Shown piece after piece: positions 1 through 9,602 of a stretch of 64,000 nt of DNA (positions are counted from its first letter, which is position 1; the number at the start of each line of letters is the position of its first letter). The stretch comes from Thermodesulfobacteriota bacterium (GTDB lineage: Bacteria > Desulfobacterota > Binatia > Bin18), in NCBI GenBank assembly GCA_964291405.2, contig OZ219926.1, positions 1,920,001 through 1,984,000 on the forward strand, in the 5' to 3' direction. The notes beneath the pieces were generated by a model. The model was not told the origin of the DNA, ran no database searches, and worked only from the letters and a program-made list of their open reading frames with translations. The position numbers were made by a program, and so were the translations under genes.

Positions 1-2
1 GC

Positions 3-683
3 GCATTCTTGATTCCGAAGCGCCTAGAGCAACTCAATACCCTGCTCGACCTCTTCCCTTGGTCGGCTGATGAACCGATTCGCGTGCTCGATTTAGGCGC
101 GGGCTATGGTGCGGTCACGGAGACGATTCTCTCCCGTTATCCACACGCAACAGTCACCTGGGTTGACGGCTCGACCGCCATGCACGAGCATGCTGAGCCC
201 CGCCTCAACAAATATGGCTCGCACGTCGAATTTTTTCTGCGCGACCTGGCTGATCTCACCTGGCATGTCGGTCTGCCCGGACCGTTTCATGCTGCAGTCT
301 CGGCCATTGCGCTGCATCACCTGACTGACAGTCGTAAAGGACAATTATGTGCTGAGGTGTTCAACCTGCTCCAACCTGGCGGTCTGTTTCTCAACAATGA
401 TGTCGTTGCCGGCGACCCGGCGTTACGCGACCAGTTTACGCCCTTGGCTGATCGAGTGATTCAGCAGCAGGTCCAGGAACAGACTGGAGAGCTCCACTCA
501 CTCGAAGACATTCGCCAAGCGCGGACCGCCCTGCCGCGTCCCGAGGGGCAGCGCAGCCACATCGCTCCGCTGGAGCCTCAACTCAATTGGTGGCGAGAGG
601 CCGGCTTTACGATTGTGGACTGCTATTGGAAGTTTCTGAATTTTGCGATTTTTGGTGGCTTCAAGCCCCAAGCCGAGAGCTGA
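3..683 (+). CDS. Class I SAM-dependent methyltransferase (probably 5'-truncated by the window edge)
   Basis: Motif I VLDLGAGYG, SAIALHHL and LLQPGGLF; the frame stays open to the window start. Confidence 0.85.
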   Translation, partial: AFLIPKRLEQLNTLLDLFPWSADEPIRVLDLGAGYGAVTETILSRYPHATVTWVDGSTAMHEHAEPRLNKYGSHVEFFLRDLADLTWHVGLPGPFHAAVSAIALHHLTDSRKGQLCAEVFNLLQPGGLFLNNDVVAGDPALRDQFTPLADRVIQQQVQEQTGELHSLEDIRQARTALPRPEGQRSHIAPLEPQLNWWREAGFTIVDCYWKFLNFAIFGGFKPQAES

Positions 684-695
684 GGGGAGCACGCG

Positions 696-2093
696 TCAGT
701 TCGATGTCAGACTCGTCTTGACGAGTTCATGCTCTTCTCCAAAAACAATCTGCCCAGCCGCATCTTGGGCGCGAATACGCGCTTCGATTGCAGAGGACAA
801 CTGCAAGTTTCGCTCCTCAGGAAACTTGTCCTTGTATAAGTGCGGGCGTAAAAAAAATTCTTCCGGAGTTCTGATTATCGCTTGAGTTTTTAAAGGTGCA
901 GGGAACCAACCGCGCCGCATGAAGTCGGGCGAGAAGAACACGTCCACGTCTTTCTGCGACCATTCTTTGACCTGCATGGCATCATGCACCGTGTAGCCAT
1001 AATAGTCTTCCTGGGCATCCCACCAGACCGCAATCAGGTTGTGATAGCCGCGATCCCCGAGGTTCGGATTCATCATTTTGGTAATCCGCTCCTCAACAAA
1101 GATGAGCTCATCCTGCCGTCCGTACACCTCCATCCGAAGCGGATAAAAATAGTGTTGCTCTAGCCAGTACACCACCTTGCTGGCGTAATAATCCGGCAGC
1201 CAGTCCGACTTTGGGCGAGCTTCAAGGACGTAGGTACGCACGCCGCCGCTCGGCTGATAATGTGGATATTCGTCTCCCATGATTTTCAGGTCCTGGACGG
1301 GCACATCGGTAAAGGACCCCTCTGGCGTCGCCAGAGTCATCACCGGTCGCGTTTTCGGAAAGCGAACCGTCTCGGTCAGGATATCGGTTCCCAATACGCG
1401 CCACGAAAACTCCCAGGCGTCGCGCCCGAGCGAGTCATCAAACGTCATCGGCCAGGTGGCCATTTTGTCTTCCCGCTGGGGTTGCGGGAAACGGCGGACC
1501 CGACGGATGGCCGGCGAATAGCCAAACAGGTCGGCCTTGGTGCGCTTCTCCCGATCGGTCCGGTAGGTAATGAAGAGCATTTGGTTGCCGTAATTTTCAG
1601 GCGGAGAGAGATCCTGCGTCAGCCAGTGAGCCAACAGTTCTCCCGGTTGTGCTGTCAGGTGACCCATCAGGCCCTCGGGTTTCCGATAATGAACCAGGAC
1701 GAGAATTTGTGCACTGGACAGAGAGCCGCTAGGAGTCAGCAGCCCCATGTCTTCGACCTGGACGCAGTTCCAGCGCGGCATATGCGGGAATTCCATGGCC
1801 CGAAAGCCCATTTCCTCAGCCGTGTACGGAGCGCGGAACGGATAGGCTTCGGCCGGCAGATACGGGATGGTCGCATCGCGCGGCGTGTCCTGTGCCATGT
1901 CGATCGCGGTCCGCTCCTCTTCAGAGAGTTCGACCAGCGTCTTCCAGGTTTTCTCCGGTCGCCCGTTCTGGTCTTCCGCGGCCCAGAGGGGCTGCACGTA
2001 AAAAATAAGGCTGAAACCAATCAGGCAGATGAGTCCTGCGCTCAGGCCGATCAGATATTCAAGCTGGTTGAGATGTCCGGGCTCGCTCCGCAT
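696..2093 (-). CDS. DUF1329-like / outer-membrane lipoprotein-sorting-type exported protein
   Basis: N-terminal hydrophobic segment; YSPAIRRVRR, DDSLGRDAWEFSW and YYASKVVYW motifs typical of DUF1329-like proteins. Confidence 0.6.
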   Translation of the reverse strand: MRSEPGHLNQLEYLIGLSAGLICLIGFSLIFYVQPLWAAEDQNGRPEKTWKTLVELSEEERTAIDMAQDTPRDATIPYLPAEAYPFRAPYTAEEMGFRAMEFPHMPRWNCVQVEDMGLLTPSGSLSSAQILVLVHYRKPEGLMGHLTAQPGELLAHWLTQDLSPPENYGNQMLFITYRTDREKRTKADLFGYSPAIRRVRRFPQPQREDKMATWPMTFDDSLGRDAWEFSWRVLGTDILTETVRFPKTRPVMTLATPEGSFTDVPVQDLKIMGDEYPHYQPSGGVRTYVLEARPKSDWLPDYYASKVVYWLEQHYFYPLRMEVYGRQDELIFVEERITKMMNPNLGDRGYHNLIAVWWDAQEDYYGYTVHDAMQVKEWSQKDVDVFFSPDFMRRGWFPAPLKTQAIIRTPEEFFLRPHLYKDKFPEERNLQLSSAIEARIRAQDAAGQIVFGEEHELVKTSLTSN

Positions 2094-2128
2094 CCAGTCT
2101 CTCCTTTCGCTTTCGTCACGCTCATGAC

Positions 2129-2902
2129 CTATTGGGCGGCATATCCCCCGTCAACCGTGAACACCGAACCAGTGACCCATGACGACTCATCCGAGGCCAG
2201 AAAGAGTCCCATGGACGCCACATCTTCTGGCGTGCCCACACGACCGAGGGGATGGCTCTTGGCCACGCGTTCCAGGCGTTTGGGATTGGAACCATGCAGC
2301 ACGTGGGCCATCATCGGCGTATCCACAGCGCCGGGACAGATAGCGTTGCAGCGGATGTTCTTGGCAGCATAGGCCGTCGCAATCGCTTTGGTGAGCGAAA
2401 CAACGCCCCCTTTGGCCGCCGTATAAGCGTGGACATTACCAACGCCTAAGATCCCGGCCAACGAAGAAACGTTGATAATCGATCCGCCTCCGACCTTGGT
2501 CATTTCTGGAATCGCGTATTTACAGCCCAAGTAAACGCTCTTGAGATTCACATTCAGAACGAAATCCCACATCTCCTCTTCAAGGTTGGTGACGGTCGTG
2601 TCGTGCTTATGCAGGACAGCCGCGTTGTTATACATGATGTGTAAACCACCGTACGCCTCGACCGCCCGGTCAACTGCCGTTTTGATATCGGCTGCATTTG
2701 AGACGTCCGTCTCTTGAAACACCGCCTCTCCCCCGGCCGCCTTGACCAACTCTACCGTCTCGTTGCCGCCCTCGACTTTAATGTCAGTGACAACGACTTT
2801 TGCGCCTTCTTGGGCGAACATCACTGCGGCGGCCCGTCCCTGTCCACCGCCGGAACCGGTAATTAATGCGACCTTGTCCGCTAATCGTCCTGGCATAAGC
2901 AT
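2129..2902 (-). CDS. Short-chain dehydrogenase/reductase
   Basis: TGSGGGQG, NNAA, catalytic YTAAK; RBS GAGGGGAG. Confidence 0.93.
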   Translation of the reverse strand: MLMPGRLADKVALITGSGGGQGRAAAVMFAQEGAKVVVTDIKVEGGNETVELVKAAGGEAVFQETDVSNAADIKTAVDRAVEAYGGLHIMYNNAAVLHKHDTTVTNLEEEMWDFVLNVNLKSVYLGCKYAIPEMTKVGGGSIINVSSLAGILGVGNVHAYTAAKGGVVSLTKAIATAYAAKNIRCNAICPGAVDTPMMAHVLHGSNPKRLERVAKSHPLGRVGTPEDVASMGLFLASDESSWVTGSVFTVDGGYAAQ

Positions 2903-3044
2903 CTCCCCTCATTCGACCTCTACGCAAACGCGACTGCAATGTGCTCTAACAGAACACGGCCAGAAGCACTATACGCGGCTGCGCCTTGGCCTTCATCTTC
3001 TGACCGATTACGATGAGTTCGCTATCCGTTACTGGACGAAAAAG

Positions 3045-3410
3045 ATGAAAAAGTCGCTTGGCTGGGTGTACCTCTTCTTTGCTTTGAGTCTTTTTGGCCT
3101 CTTTGGCTTGCATACGATCTACTTGGGAAAGCCGCTGAAGGGAGTCCTTTTTCTGCTGGCGACCTGGGCAGGACTCTGGGCCCTCACACAAGTGCTCATT
3201 CTTCCTTCGCCGAGTATCCCCCTTGTCATTGGCCTGGCGCTCCCAAAGCTCTATCAGAATTTTGTACTCACCATCCCCTCCCCGAGCCTGCCCCTGGTGA
3301 TCGGGCTGCTGATGCTGCCGGTTCTTGGAGTATGGTGGTGGGTTGATCTCTTGACCCTGCCCCGGCAGACACGAAAAGCAAACGAGAAGGTTGAAGCAAT
3401 ACTGCCGTAA
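3045..3410 (+). CDS. TM2 (NINE) domain membrane protein with an internal duplication
   Basis: KKSLGWVY..LFGLFGLHTIYLGK and WWWVDLLTLP..RKAN TM2 signatures. Confidence 0.75.
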   Translation: MKKSLGWVYLFFALSLFGLFGLHTIYLGKPLKGVLFLLATWAGLWALTQVLILPSPSIPLVIGLALPKLYQNFVLTIPSPSLPLVIGLLMLPVLGVWWWVDLLTLPRQTRKANEKVEAILP

Positions 3411-3563
3411 TCACCGCGGGCAATGGAAAGTACAGTATTTTCAGGAGGATCGCGCGCGTCACACCAGAGCGGAGCCGATTACTGGTCCGTCTGGGAATCA
3501 TCGACATCTGCCCAAACTTCCAGTACAGTGCGCGCTAAGACTCGGACAGGTGATGCAAAAAGG

Positions 3564-3653
3564 AACCCACCCCGGCCTACGGCCACCCCTCCGAGGAGGG
3601 GAGCAGCCTCATCCCCTCTTGGGAGGGGTGCCGCGACAGCGGTGGGGTGGGTT
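3564..3653. repeat. REP-like composite palindrome
   Basis: AACCCACCCC...GGGGTGGGTT outer arms with internal CCCCTC/GAGGGG hairpins; a half copy lies at 27791-27832. Confidence 0.75.
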
Positions 3654-3731
3654 ATTCCCGGCTCGGCAGTCCTCGCATGTCTGGCGAGCGCGAGTTCCTG
3701 GGAATGTGCATCGCACGTAAAAGAGGTGCGT

Positions 3732-4523
3732 ATGGATGCCGAAATCATTCAAACCGATATCAGAGACTATATTGCCACGGTCACGATTGATCGCCCCCCC
3801 GTCAATGCCATGAATCGGCAGATGTTTGATGAGATTCAAGCCTCCTTTGACGCTCTGAATAATCGGACCGATGTCCGGGTGGCCATCTTTACTGGGGCGG
3901 GGAAATGTTTTTGCGCGGGCGCAGACATGAAAGCGCGTTCGCGTTCACTGGATGACGGCGCGCAACAACCGCGTCACGGGGCCATGTGGGCCCACTCGCG
4001 GGCGGCACGCGAGGCTTTTCATTCCATTCTGGAATGTTCTGTCCCCGTCATCGGTGCGATCAATGGCCCAGCTCTCGGCGGAGGGCTCGCCCTGGTGGCA
4101 TCCTGCGATATGCTGATTGCGTCAGAAAAGGCCCTACTGGGCCTCCCTGAGATCGATGTTGGCCTGTTGGGCGGTGGCCGCCATACCCAACGCCTGTTTG
4201 GTATCTATAAGGCCCGCAAGATGATGTACACGGGCGAACGGATCGGCGCAGAAGAGTTATACCGTCGGGGCATTGTTGAAAAAGTTGTTCCGCCGGAGCA
4301 ACTCATGGACGAAGCCTTGGCTCAGGCCCAAGTGATTGCCGCCAAAAGTCCGCTGGCCATCCGGCTTGCCAAAAACGCCATGAATGCGATTGAGTTTATG
4401 GATCTGCGCGATGGGTATCGCTTTGAGCAAAATATGACGCACGAGCTGACGGGGAGCGAGGATGCCAAGGAGGCAGCCCGGGCGTTTGTGGAAAAACGGG
4501 AGCCGGTATTTACCGGACGATAA
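3732..4523 (+). CDS. Enoyl-CoA hydratase/isomerase family protein
   Basis: IDRPPVNAM, FCAGAD, GPALGGG, GLPEIDVG; RBS AAGAGG. Confidence 0.93.
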   Translation: MDAEIIQTDIRDYIATVTIDRPPVNAMNRQMFDEIQASFDALNNRTDVRVAIFTGAGKCFCAGADMKARSRSLDDGAQQPRHGAMWAHSRAAREAFHSILECSVPVIGAINGPALGGGLALVASCDMLIASEKALLGLPEIDVGLLGGGRHTQRLFGIYKARKMMYTGERIGAEELYRRGIVEKVVPPEQLMDEALAQAQVIAAKSPLAIRLAKNAMNAIEFMDLRDGYRFEQNMTHELTGSEDAKEAARAFVEKREPVFTGR

Positions 4524-4547
4524 ACACGGCGAAAAGGAGAGACGGGT

Positions 4548-5891
4548 ATGCTGTTTGGCTATTTTACTGAGCGGCCGTATCGGTGGGTCAACGAAGACGA
4601 GGTGCTTGAGCACCGGGGTTTCTTTGCCCTGCCCAACTCACGCTTTGACCGCGAAAAGGCGGCCGATGACTATAACTTCTTCCTGGACGAATACTGCTAT
4701 GCCGAAGAAGTCGGTTTCGATGCGCTCATGTTGAACGAGCACCACGGCAATCCCTTCTGCATGGGCAGCGTCATGAATGTCGAAGCTTCCATCCTGGCGC
4801 GGATTACCAGCAAGGCCAAGATCGTCCTGATCGGTAACCCACTGCCCGTGCTGAAGCACCCGCTACGCATGGCCGAAGAGCTGGCCGAGATTGATCTGAT
4901 CTCGCGCGGTCGTCTCGTCACCGGCTGGGTACGCGGGGCGGGCAGCGAGCAGTTCTTTAATAATGCCAACCCGGCCTATAACCGGGAGATGTTCAACGAA
5001 GCCCACGATTTCATTATCCAGGCCTGGACCAAGCCCGGTCCGTGGCGTTACGAGGGCAAGCATTTCCACTATCGGCACGTCAATCCGTGGGCGCTTCCCT
5101 ACCAAAAACCGCATCCGCAAATGTGGATTCCTGGGGTGTTGAGTCCGGAGACGGTTCACTGGGCGGCCCAGCATAACTATCCTTATCTGGCCTTGGTGAC
5201 CGCCCTGAGTCCGACCTGCGACCTGCTGGACTATTACGCCGATACCGCGGCTGAAAATGGCTATCAGGCCGGTACGGAAAATTTTGCCTATTTGATTGGG
5301 GTGTTCTGCGCGGACACGGATGAAAAAGCGCAAGAGTTGGGCAAAGGGTTTGTGTGGGGCGGCGGAGCGAGTGCGTTCTCCAGACCGGAACATACCCTCC
5401 CGCCGGGTTATAATTCCAAAAACGCCATTCGCCTGCTTGCCCAGCGTCCGAGCGGCGGCTGGGTCGGCGTTGATTCGGACCGACTCAAGGAGGCCCAGCA
5501 GGGCCGGAGGAAAAAGAAGAGCACGGACCTGGGTGAGGTTCGCCAAAAGCTGGAGAAATCGTATAAGCGCGCCCAGGACGACTACCTGATGATCGTCGGC
5601 TCGCCCAAGACGGTCATTGAGAAGATCAAGACCATGATTCGCGTGCTGCGGCCAGGGACGTTCGCCTGCTTCCAGGTTCAGGGGCCAGTCGGCAACGAAG
5701 ACCGGATGAACAGCATCCGTCTGATGGGCCAGGAGGTCATTCCCGCGGTCAAAGAATACGCCAAGGAAATCGACCTGGTCGATCAGTTCACCCGCGTACC
5801 GGGTTCGGTCAAACTCACGCCAGGGACCCGACGCCTGCCGGTCGTGGACCGCACGCCATTGAAGGACCTTGGCATGCAGTCGAAGGCGTAG
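4548..5891 (+). CDS. LLM-class flavin-dependent oxidoreductase
   Basis: LNEHH, HPLRMAEELAEIDLISRGR, PYQKPHP motifs. Confidence 0.9.
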   Translation: MLFGYFTERPYRWVNEDEVLEHRGFFALPNSRFDREKAADDYNFFLDEYCYAEEVGFDALMLNEHHGNPFCMGSVMNVEASILARITSKAKIVLIGNPLPVLKHPLRMAEELAEIDLISRGRLVTGWVRGAGSEQFFNNANPAYNREMFNEAHDFIIQAWTKPGPWRYEGKHFHYRHVNPWALPYQKPHPQMWIPGVLSPETVHWAAQHNYPYLALVTALSPTCDLLDYYADTAAENGYQAGTENFAYLIGVFCADTDEKAQELGKGFVWGGGASAFSRPEHTLPPGYNSKNAIRLLAQRPSGGWVGVDSDRLKEAQQGRRKKKSTDLGEVRQKLEKSYKRAQDDYLMIVGSPKTVIEKIKTMIRVLRPGTFACFQVQGPVGNEDRMNSIRLMGQEVIPAVKEYAKEIDLVDQFTRVPGSVKLTPGTRRLPVVDRTPLKDLGMQSKA

Positions 5892-5968
5892 GAGGTGGGA
5901 TGGGAGCGTGAATGAGCGAAGTAACTCCCTCCAGGGAGGGGATAAAACACCCTGTTAGAGAGGTGAGA

Positions 5969-6178
5969 ATGGCTATTGATGATCCGCATGTCCGGGAGCT
6001 GATTGAGAAAATCCGGCTCCTACCACCGGCCAAAGTCTCCGAGGTTGAAGACTTTGTCGATTTTCTCTGTCAGCGTAACGCCGACCGTTGCCTGAGCCAG
6101 GCGGCGACCAAGTTGTCCGAGTCAGCCTTTGCTCGGGTCTGGGACAATCCGGACGATGCCGACTATGACCAGCTATGA
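5969..6178 (+). CDS. Antitoxin (DUF2281-like) partner of the MazF toxin
   Basis: LPPAKVSEVEDFVDFL...WDNPDDADYDQL; overlaps the downstream toxin. Confidence 0.75.
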   Translation: MAIDDPHVRELIEKIRLLPPAKVSEVEDFVDFLCQRNADRCLSQAATKLSESAFARVWDNPDDADYDQL

Positions 6179-6506
6179 GTTTGGAGACATCGTCCTCGCG
6201 CCATTTCCTTTTACGGACCAAACCACAAGTAAACAGCGCCCGGCAGCGGTGGTGAGTTCATCCGCTTATAACCAAGATCGACCTGATCTCATCATTATTG
6301 CAATCACCAGTCAGGTCAGACCAACGTCCACGCTGGGAGAGGCCCACATTGTGAGCTGGAAAGCAGCCGGCCTTTTGAAACCGTCCATCATCAAACCAGT
6401 ACTGGCCACTCTCGAAAAAACGCTTATTCTCAAGAGGCTGGGCCGCTTAGGGGAACAGGATCAAAGGACTCTCCAAGAGATATTGAATGATATTCTTGGG
6501 AGCTAA
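6165..6506 (+). CDS. PemK/MazF family toxin
   Basis: GDIVLAPFPFTD..SKQRPA..VS, IAITSQ, GLLKPS. Confidence 0.9.
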   Translation: MTSYEFGDIVLAPFPFTDQTTSKQRPAAVVSSSAYNQDRPDLIIIAITSQVRPTSTLGEAHIVSWKAAGLLKPSIIKPVLATLEKTLILKRLGRLGEQDQRTLQEILNDILGS

Positions 6507-6530
6507 GCCTGGGCCGCCACCATCCCTACT

Positions 6531-7685
6531 CTACACCGGGGCCTCGTGCATCCGCCACGACTTTTTCCCCGCGGGTAGATTGAACAGCTTGGCGGCATTC
6601 TCCCGCATGATGTCCTGGCGTTGCTCTTCCGTGATATGGGCCGCGTGGTCGGCCAGTAATTGCTGGGAGCGCGGCCAAGTGGAATCCGTATGCGGAAAAT
6701 CACTCGCCCACAGCAACTGCTGGTGCGGCATGATATCGACCGCATGAAACGCGGTCGGGTCGTCCTGGAAAGTCATCCAGACATTGCTCTTGATATATTC
6801 GCTGGGCAGCTTTGACAGGCCGTCAATGATCCCGCCCTCGGCATTAATCCTGGCGGCGTGGTCCATGCGATACATATAGTGCGGCATCCAGCCAGCGTCG
6901 CCCTCTGCACACACGAGTTTCAGACGCGGATGGCGCTCGAAGACACCACCCAAAACCATGAGACCGACAACATCCTGGACGGCCCGGATAATGCCCAGAA
7001 AATTATTCATCTCATGGCCGCGGTGCGGCATGTTCAGGCTACCGTCCCGCGAGGTCAGAATATGAAAACAGATGGGCAACTCCAGGTCGGTTGCACACTC
7101 CCACAGGGCGTCGTAGTCAGCGTGGTCATAGTCTTCGTAGATGGGCCGACCGGGCATCATCATGCCGACCATGCCCATGTCCTTGGCGCGCCGGAAATCC
7201 TCAATCGCGCTGTCCACGCTCAATACCGCAGTCTGTGCCAGACCCAGGACGCGGTTCGGCGCTTCGCTGCACGTAGCCTGCAACCAGCGGTTATAGGCCA
7301 ACATGCAGGCGTTCTTATAGTCCGGGTCACGGTGCATGCACAGGCCCATGCCGATAGAGGCGTAAATGACCTCAGCCGCAATCCCATCCTGGTCCATATA
7401 CGAAATCCGCGCATGGCCGCCATAAGCTCCCTCGCGGATATCCGGGAATCTGATTTTTGCCGCCCGGTTGTTACGTTCCGTGACCGTAAAGCCGGCACCG
7501 TCAATGAATCCCAATTGAATCGGACGCTTCATGCCGTGGACGACAAAGGCGTCCGTGCCATCCGGTTGTTCGACGATACGCGGCGCGACGTCGCGGTATT
7601 TTGGTTCGATATAGTCGATGTAACAATTGGCCGGCTCACACACATGGCCGTCGGCTGAAATGATCCCTGCCGGTATCTCTTGCAT
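6531..7685 (-). CDS. Amidohydrolase_2 family protein
   Basis: ISADGH, FHI, GVFERHP.LK, WASDFPH. Confidence 0.9.
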   Translation of the reverse strand: MQEIPAGIISADGHVCEPANCYIDYIEPKYRDVAPRIVEQPDGTDAFVVHGMKRPIQLGFIDGAGFTVTERNNRAAKIRFPDIREGAYGGHARISYMDQDGIAAEVIYASIGMGLCMHRDPDYKNACMLAYNRWLQATCSEAPNRVLGLAQTAVLSVDSAIEDFRRAKDMGMVGMMMPGRPIYEDYDHADYDALWECATDLELPICFHILTSRDGSLNMPHRGHEMNNFLGIIRAVQDVVGLMVLGGVFERHPRLKLVCAEGDAGWMPHYMYRMDHAARINAEGGIIDGLSKLPSEYIKSNVWMTFQDDPTAFHAVDIMPHQQLLWASDFPHTDSTWPRSQQLLADHAAHITEEQRQDIMRENAAKLFNLPAGKKSWRMHEAPV

Positions 7686-7832
7686 CTTGTTCTCCGTTCC
7701 GGATTGGTCCTGACATACAAACGCTTGCGGCCCAGAGTACGGAAAGCGCGCCCTCTTTTCAAGAAAGTAGGAGAAACAGTGATTTCTACAGGGACTTATG
7801 GTAGGGGGGACACAACGTCAGAGGAGGGGGCC

Positions 7833-9110
7833 ATGCCAGCAACAACCAGCATACTCACCCAAGGACTCCGCGTCGGCATCATCGGGGGGTCGATTGCCGG
7901 CTGTACCGCGGCGGTCGAACTGCTGCGCTTAGGCTGCGAGGTGACGCTTTTAGAGCGCACGGGCGACACCCTGAAAGACAGGGGCGCGGGCATCGGCGTT
8001 CCACCCTCAGTCATGGACACCTTCATCGAACGCGACCTGGTCGATGCTGACACCCCCTTCTTCGCCGGGCATGCGTTCACACGCATCTGGCGAACAGAAA
8101 AAGAGCACCGTTACGGCTATCTTGCCTGGGACCAGCCCGCAAATTTGGCTCTGCTCAACTGGGGTGGGTTGTACCGAAACCTTCGCAAACGCGTTCCGGA
8201 TAGAGTATATCGCTCAGGGCAGCGAGCCGTGGCATTACACGAGCGACCCGATGGAACGGTTCAGGTGGAGTTGGCCGATGGGTCCACATCTGTATTTGAT
8301 CTGGTCGTCTGTGCTGATGGCTACACCTCGCTCGGGCGACGGACTCTCTTCCCCGATAGCGCCCTGAGGTATGCCGGCTATGTCTTGTGGCGGGGCTTCC
8401 TGTTTGAAGAGGAACTTGAAGAATCACAGCCGCTCGAAAGCGGTGTCCGCTGTTTAGGCTATCCGGGCGGACACGGTATTTTTTACTTTGTGCCAGGCTT
8501 GGACGGAGCGGTTGCGCCGGGTCAGCGTCTGGTGAATTGGGGCATATATGTCCCGATTGCCGCCTCCGCGCTGACCGATTTTCTGACAGACAAAGACGGC
8601 AACGCGCACTCGGGCTCGCTCCCCCCCGGCGGTATGCCCCTGGTCACTGAAGCTGAGCTGAAACGGCGCGCCCACGAACGGCTGCCCGACTATTACGCCG
8701 AGATCGTCGACAAATGCCAGGACACATTTGCCTACGCCATTTATGATTGTGAAGTCCCGGCCTACCGCAGAGGCCGGATCTGTCTGGTGGGCGACGCCGG
8801 GGCCTTCGCCCGTCCACACACGGCAGCCGGCGCGCTCAAAGGGATTAACGATGCCATCGCGCTGGGCGAAGCACTCACGACTCACAGTTCATTGGAGGCG
8901 GCGCTCAGCCAGTGGGACACAACCCGGACCGACACGAACAACGACTTGGTGAGATTTGGCAACCAGCTCGGGCGGGCGCTCGTCCTGGAAATTCCCGACT
9001 GGTCGCAGATGGACGCTCGGAGCATGGAGCAGTGGTTCACATCGATCGTGACGATCAAAACCGAAGTCCTCGATCCCGACCTGCAGAGCGCAGATGCCGC
9101 GCGGTTGTGA
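7833..9110 (+). CDS. FAD-dependent monooxygenase (2,6-dihydroxypyridine 3-monooxygenase-like)
   Basis: GGSIAG, RGAGI, CADG, YAGYVLWRG, LVGDA..ARPHTAAG. Confidence 0.85.
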   Translation: MPATTSILTQGLRVGIIGGSIAGCTAAVELLRLGCEVTLLERTGDTLKDRGAGIGVPPSVMDTFIERDLVDADTPFFAGHAFTRIWRTEKEHRYGYLAWDQPANLALLNWGGLYRNLRKRVPDRVYRSGQRAVALHERPDGTVQVELADGSTSVFDLVVCADGYTSLGRRTLFPDSALRYAGYVLWRGFLFEEELEESQPLESGVRCLGYPGGHGIFYFVPGLDGAVAPGQRLVNWGIYVPIAASALTDFLTDKDGNAHSGSLPPGGMPLVTEAELKRRAHERLPDYYAEIVDKCQDTFAYAIYDCEVPAYRRGRICLVGDAGAFARPHTAAGALKGINDAIALGEALTTHSSLEAALSQWDTTRTDTNNDLVRFGNQLGRALVLEIPDWSQMDARSMEQWFTSIVTIKTEVLDPDLQSADAARL

Positions 9111-9199
9111 CAAAATTCACACGAAAGCGTTGATTTCCGGTATTGAGAAGGAGTAGAGAGGAAAGAAGAGACTGCAAGAGTTGGGTAAAGGAGGGTTTT

Positions 9200-9322
9200 A
9201 TGCTCACCATCCTTGCGATAACAGTTTCTTTTCTGGTCTTTTTGGTTCTCGTCGGCCTACTGGCCCAACGGGCAGACCGAATACGAGACGAAGACGCTCA
9301 GGGGGAAGCAGACAGTCCCTAG
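9200..9322 (+). CDS. Putative 40-aa single-pass membrane peptide (MLTILAITVSFLVFLVLVGLLAQRADRIRDEDAQGEADSP)
   Basis: Strong RBS AAAGGAGG, 21-residue hydrophobic stretch and charged tail; too short for the ORF track. Confidence 0.5.
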   Translation: MLTILAITVSFLVFLVLVGLLAQRADRIRDEDAQGEADSP

Positions 9323-9602
9323 TCGCTACCGTAGCCTGCTGCACGTCGGGTGAGAGATCAGGGATTCACTGCGGGGCACAACCTTCCCTTCAGCATCAGG
9401 CGTGTGGAAAATCACGGCTGGCGGTTCTGATCCCAGCGCTTTCGTGCGGGTGCTGAAGACTACGGGTCTGTAGGTTGGCCGTCGTAAAACAGCAGACCAA
9501 AGATATTTGGACGCTTGACTCTTTCCTTGAGAAAAGCGGATAACAACAAAGAGCCAAACCGGCAGTAAGGTGTGTCAGTCAGAGATAAAGGGGGAACAAT
9601 CC

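Noticed and set aside
1260-2372. Long antisense ORFs (also 15206-16048, 46092-47117, 58716-59837 and others)
   Set aside because: Shadow frames of well-supported genes in high-GC DNA
9330-9460. Cobalamin or TPP riboswitch, or tRNA
   Set aside because: Only fragmentary motif resemblance; core consensus elements are missing
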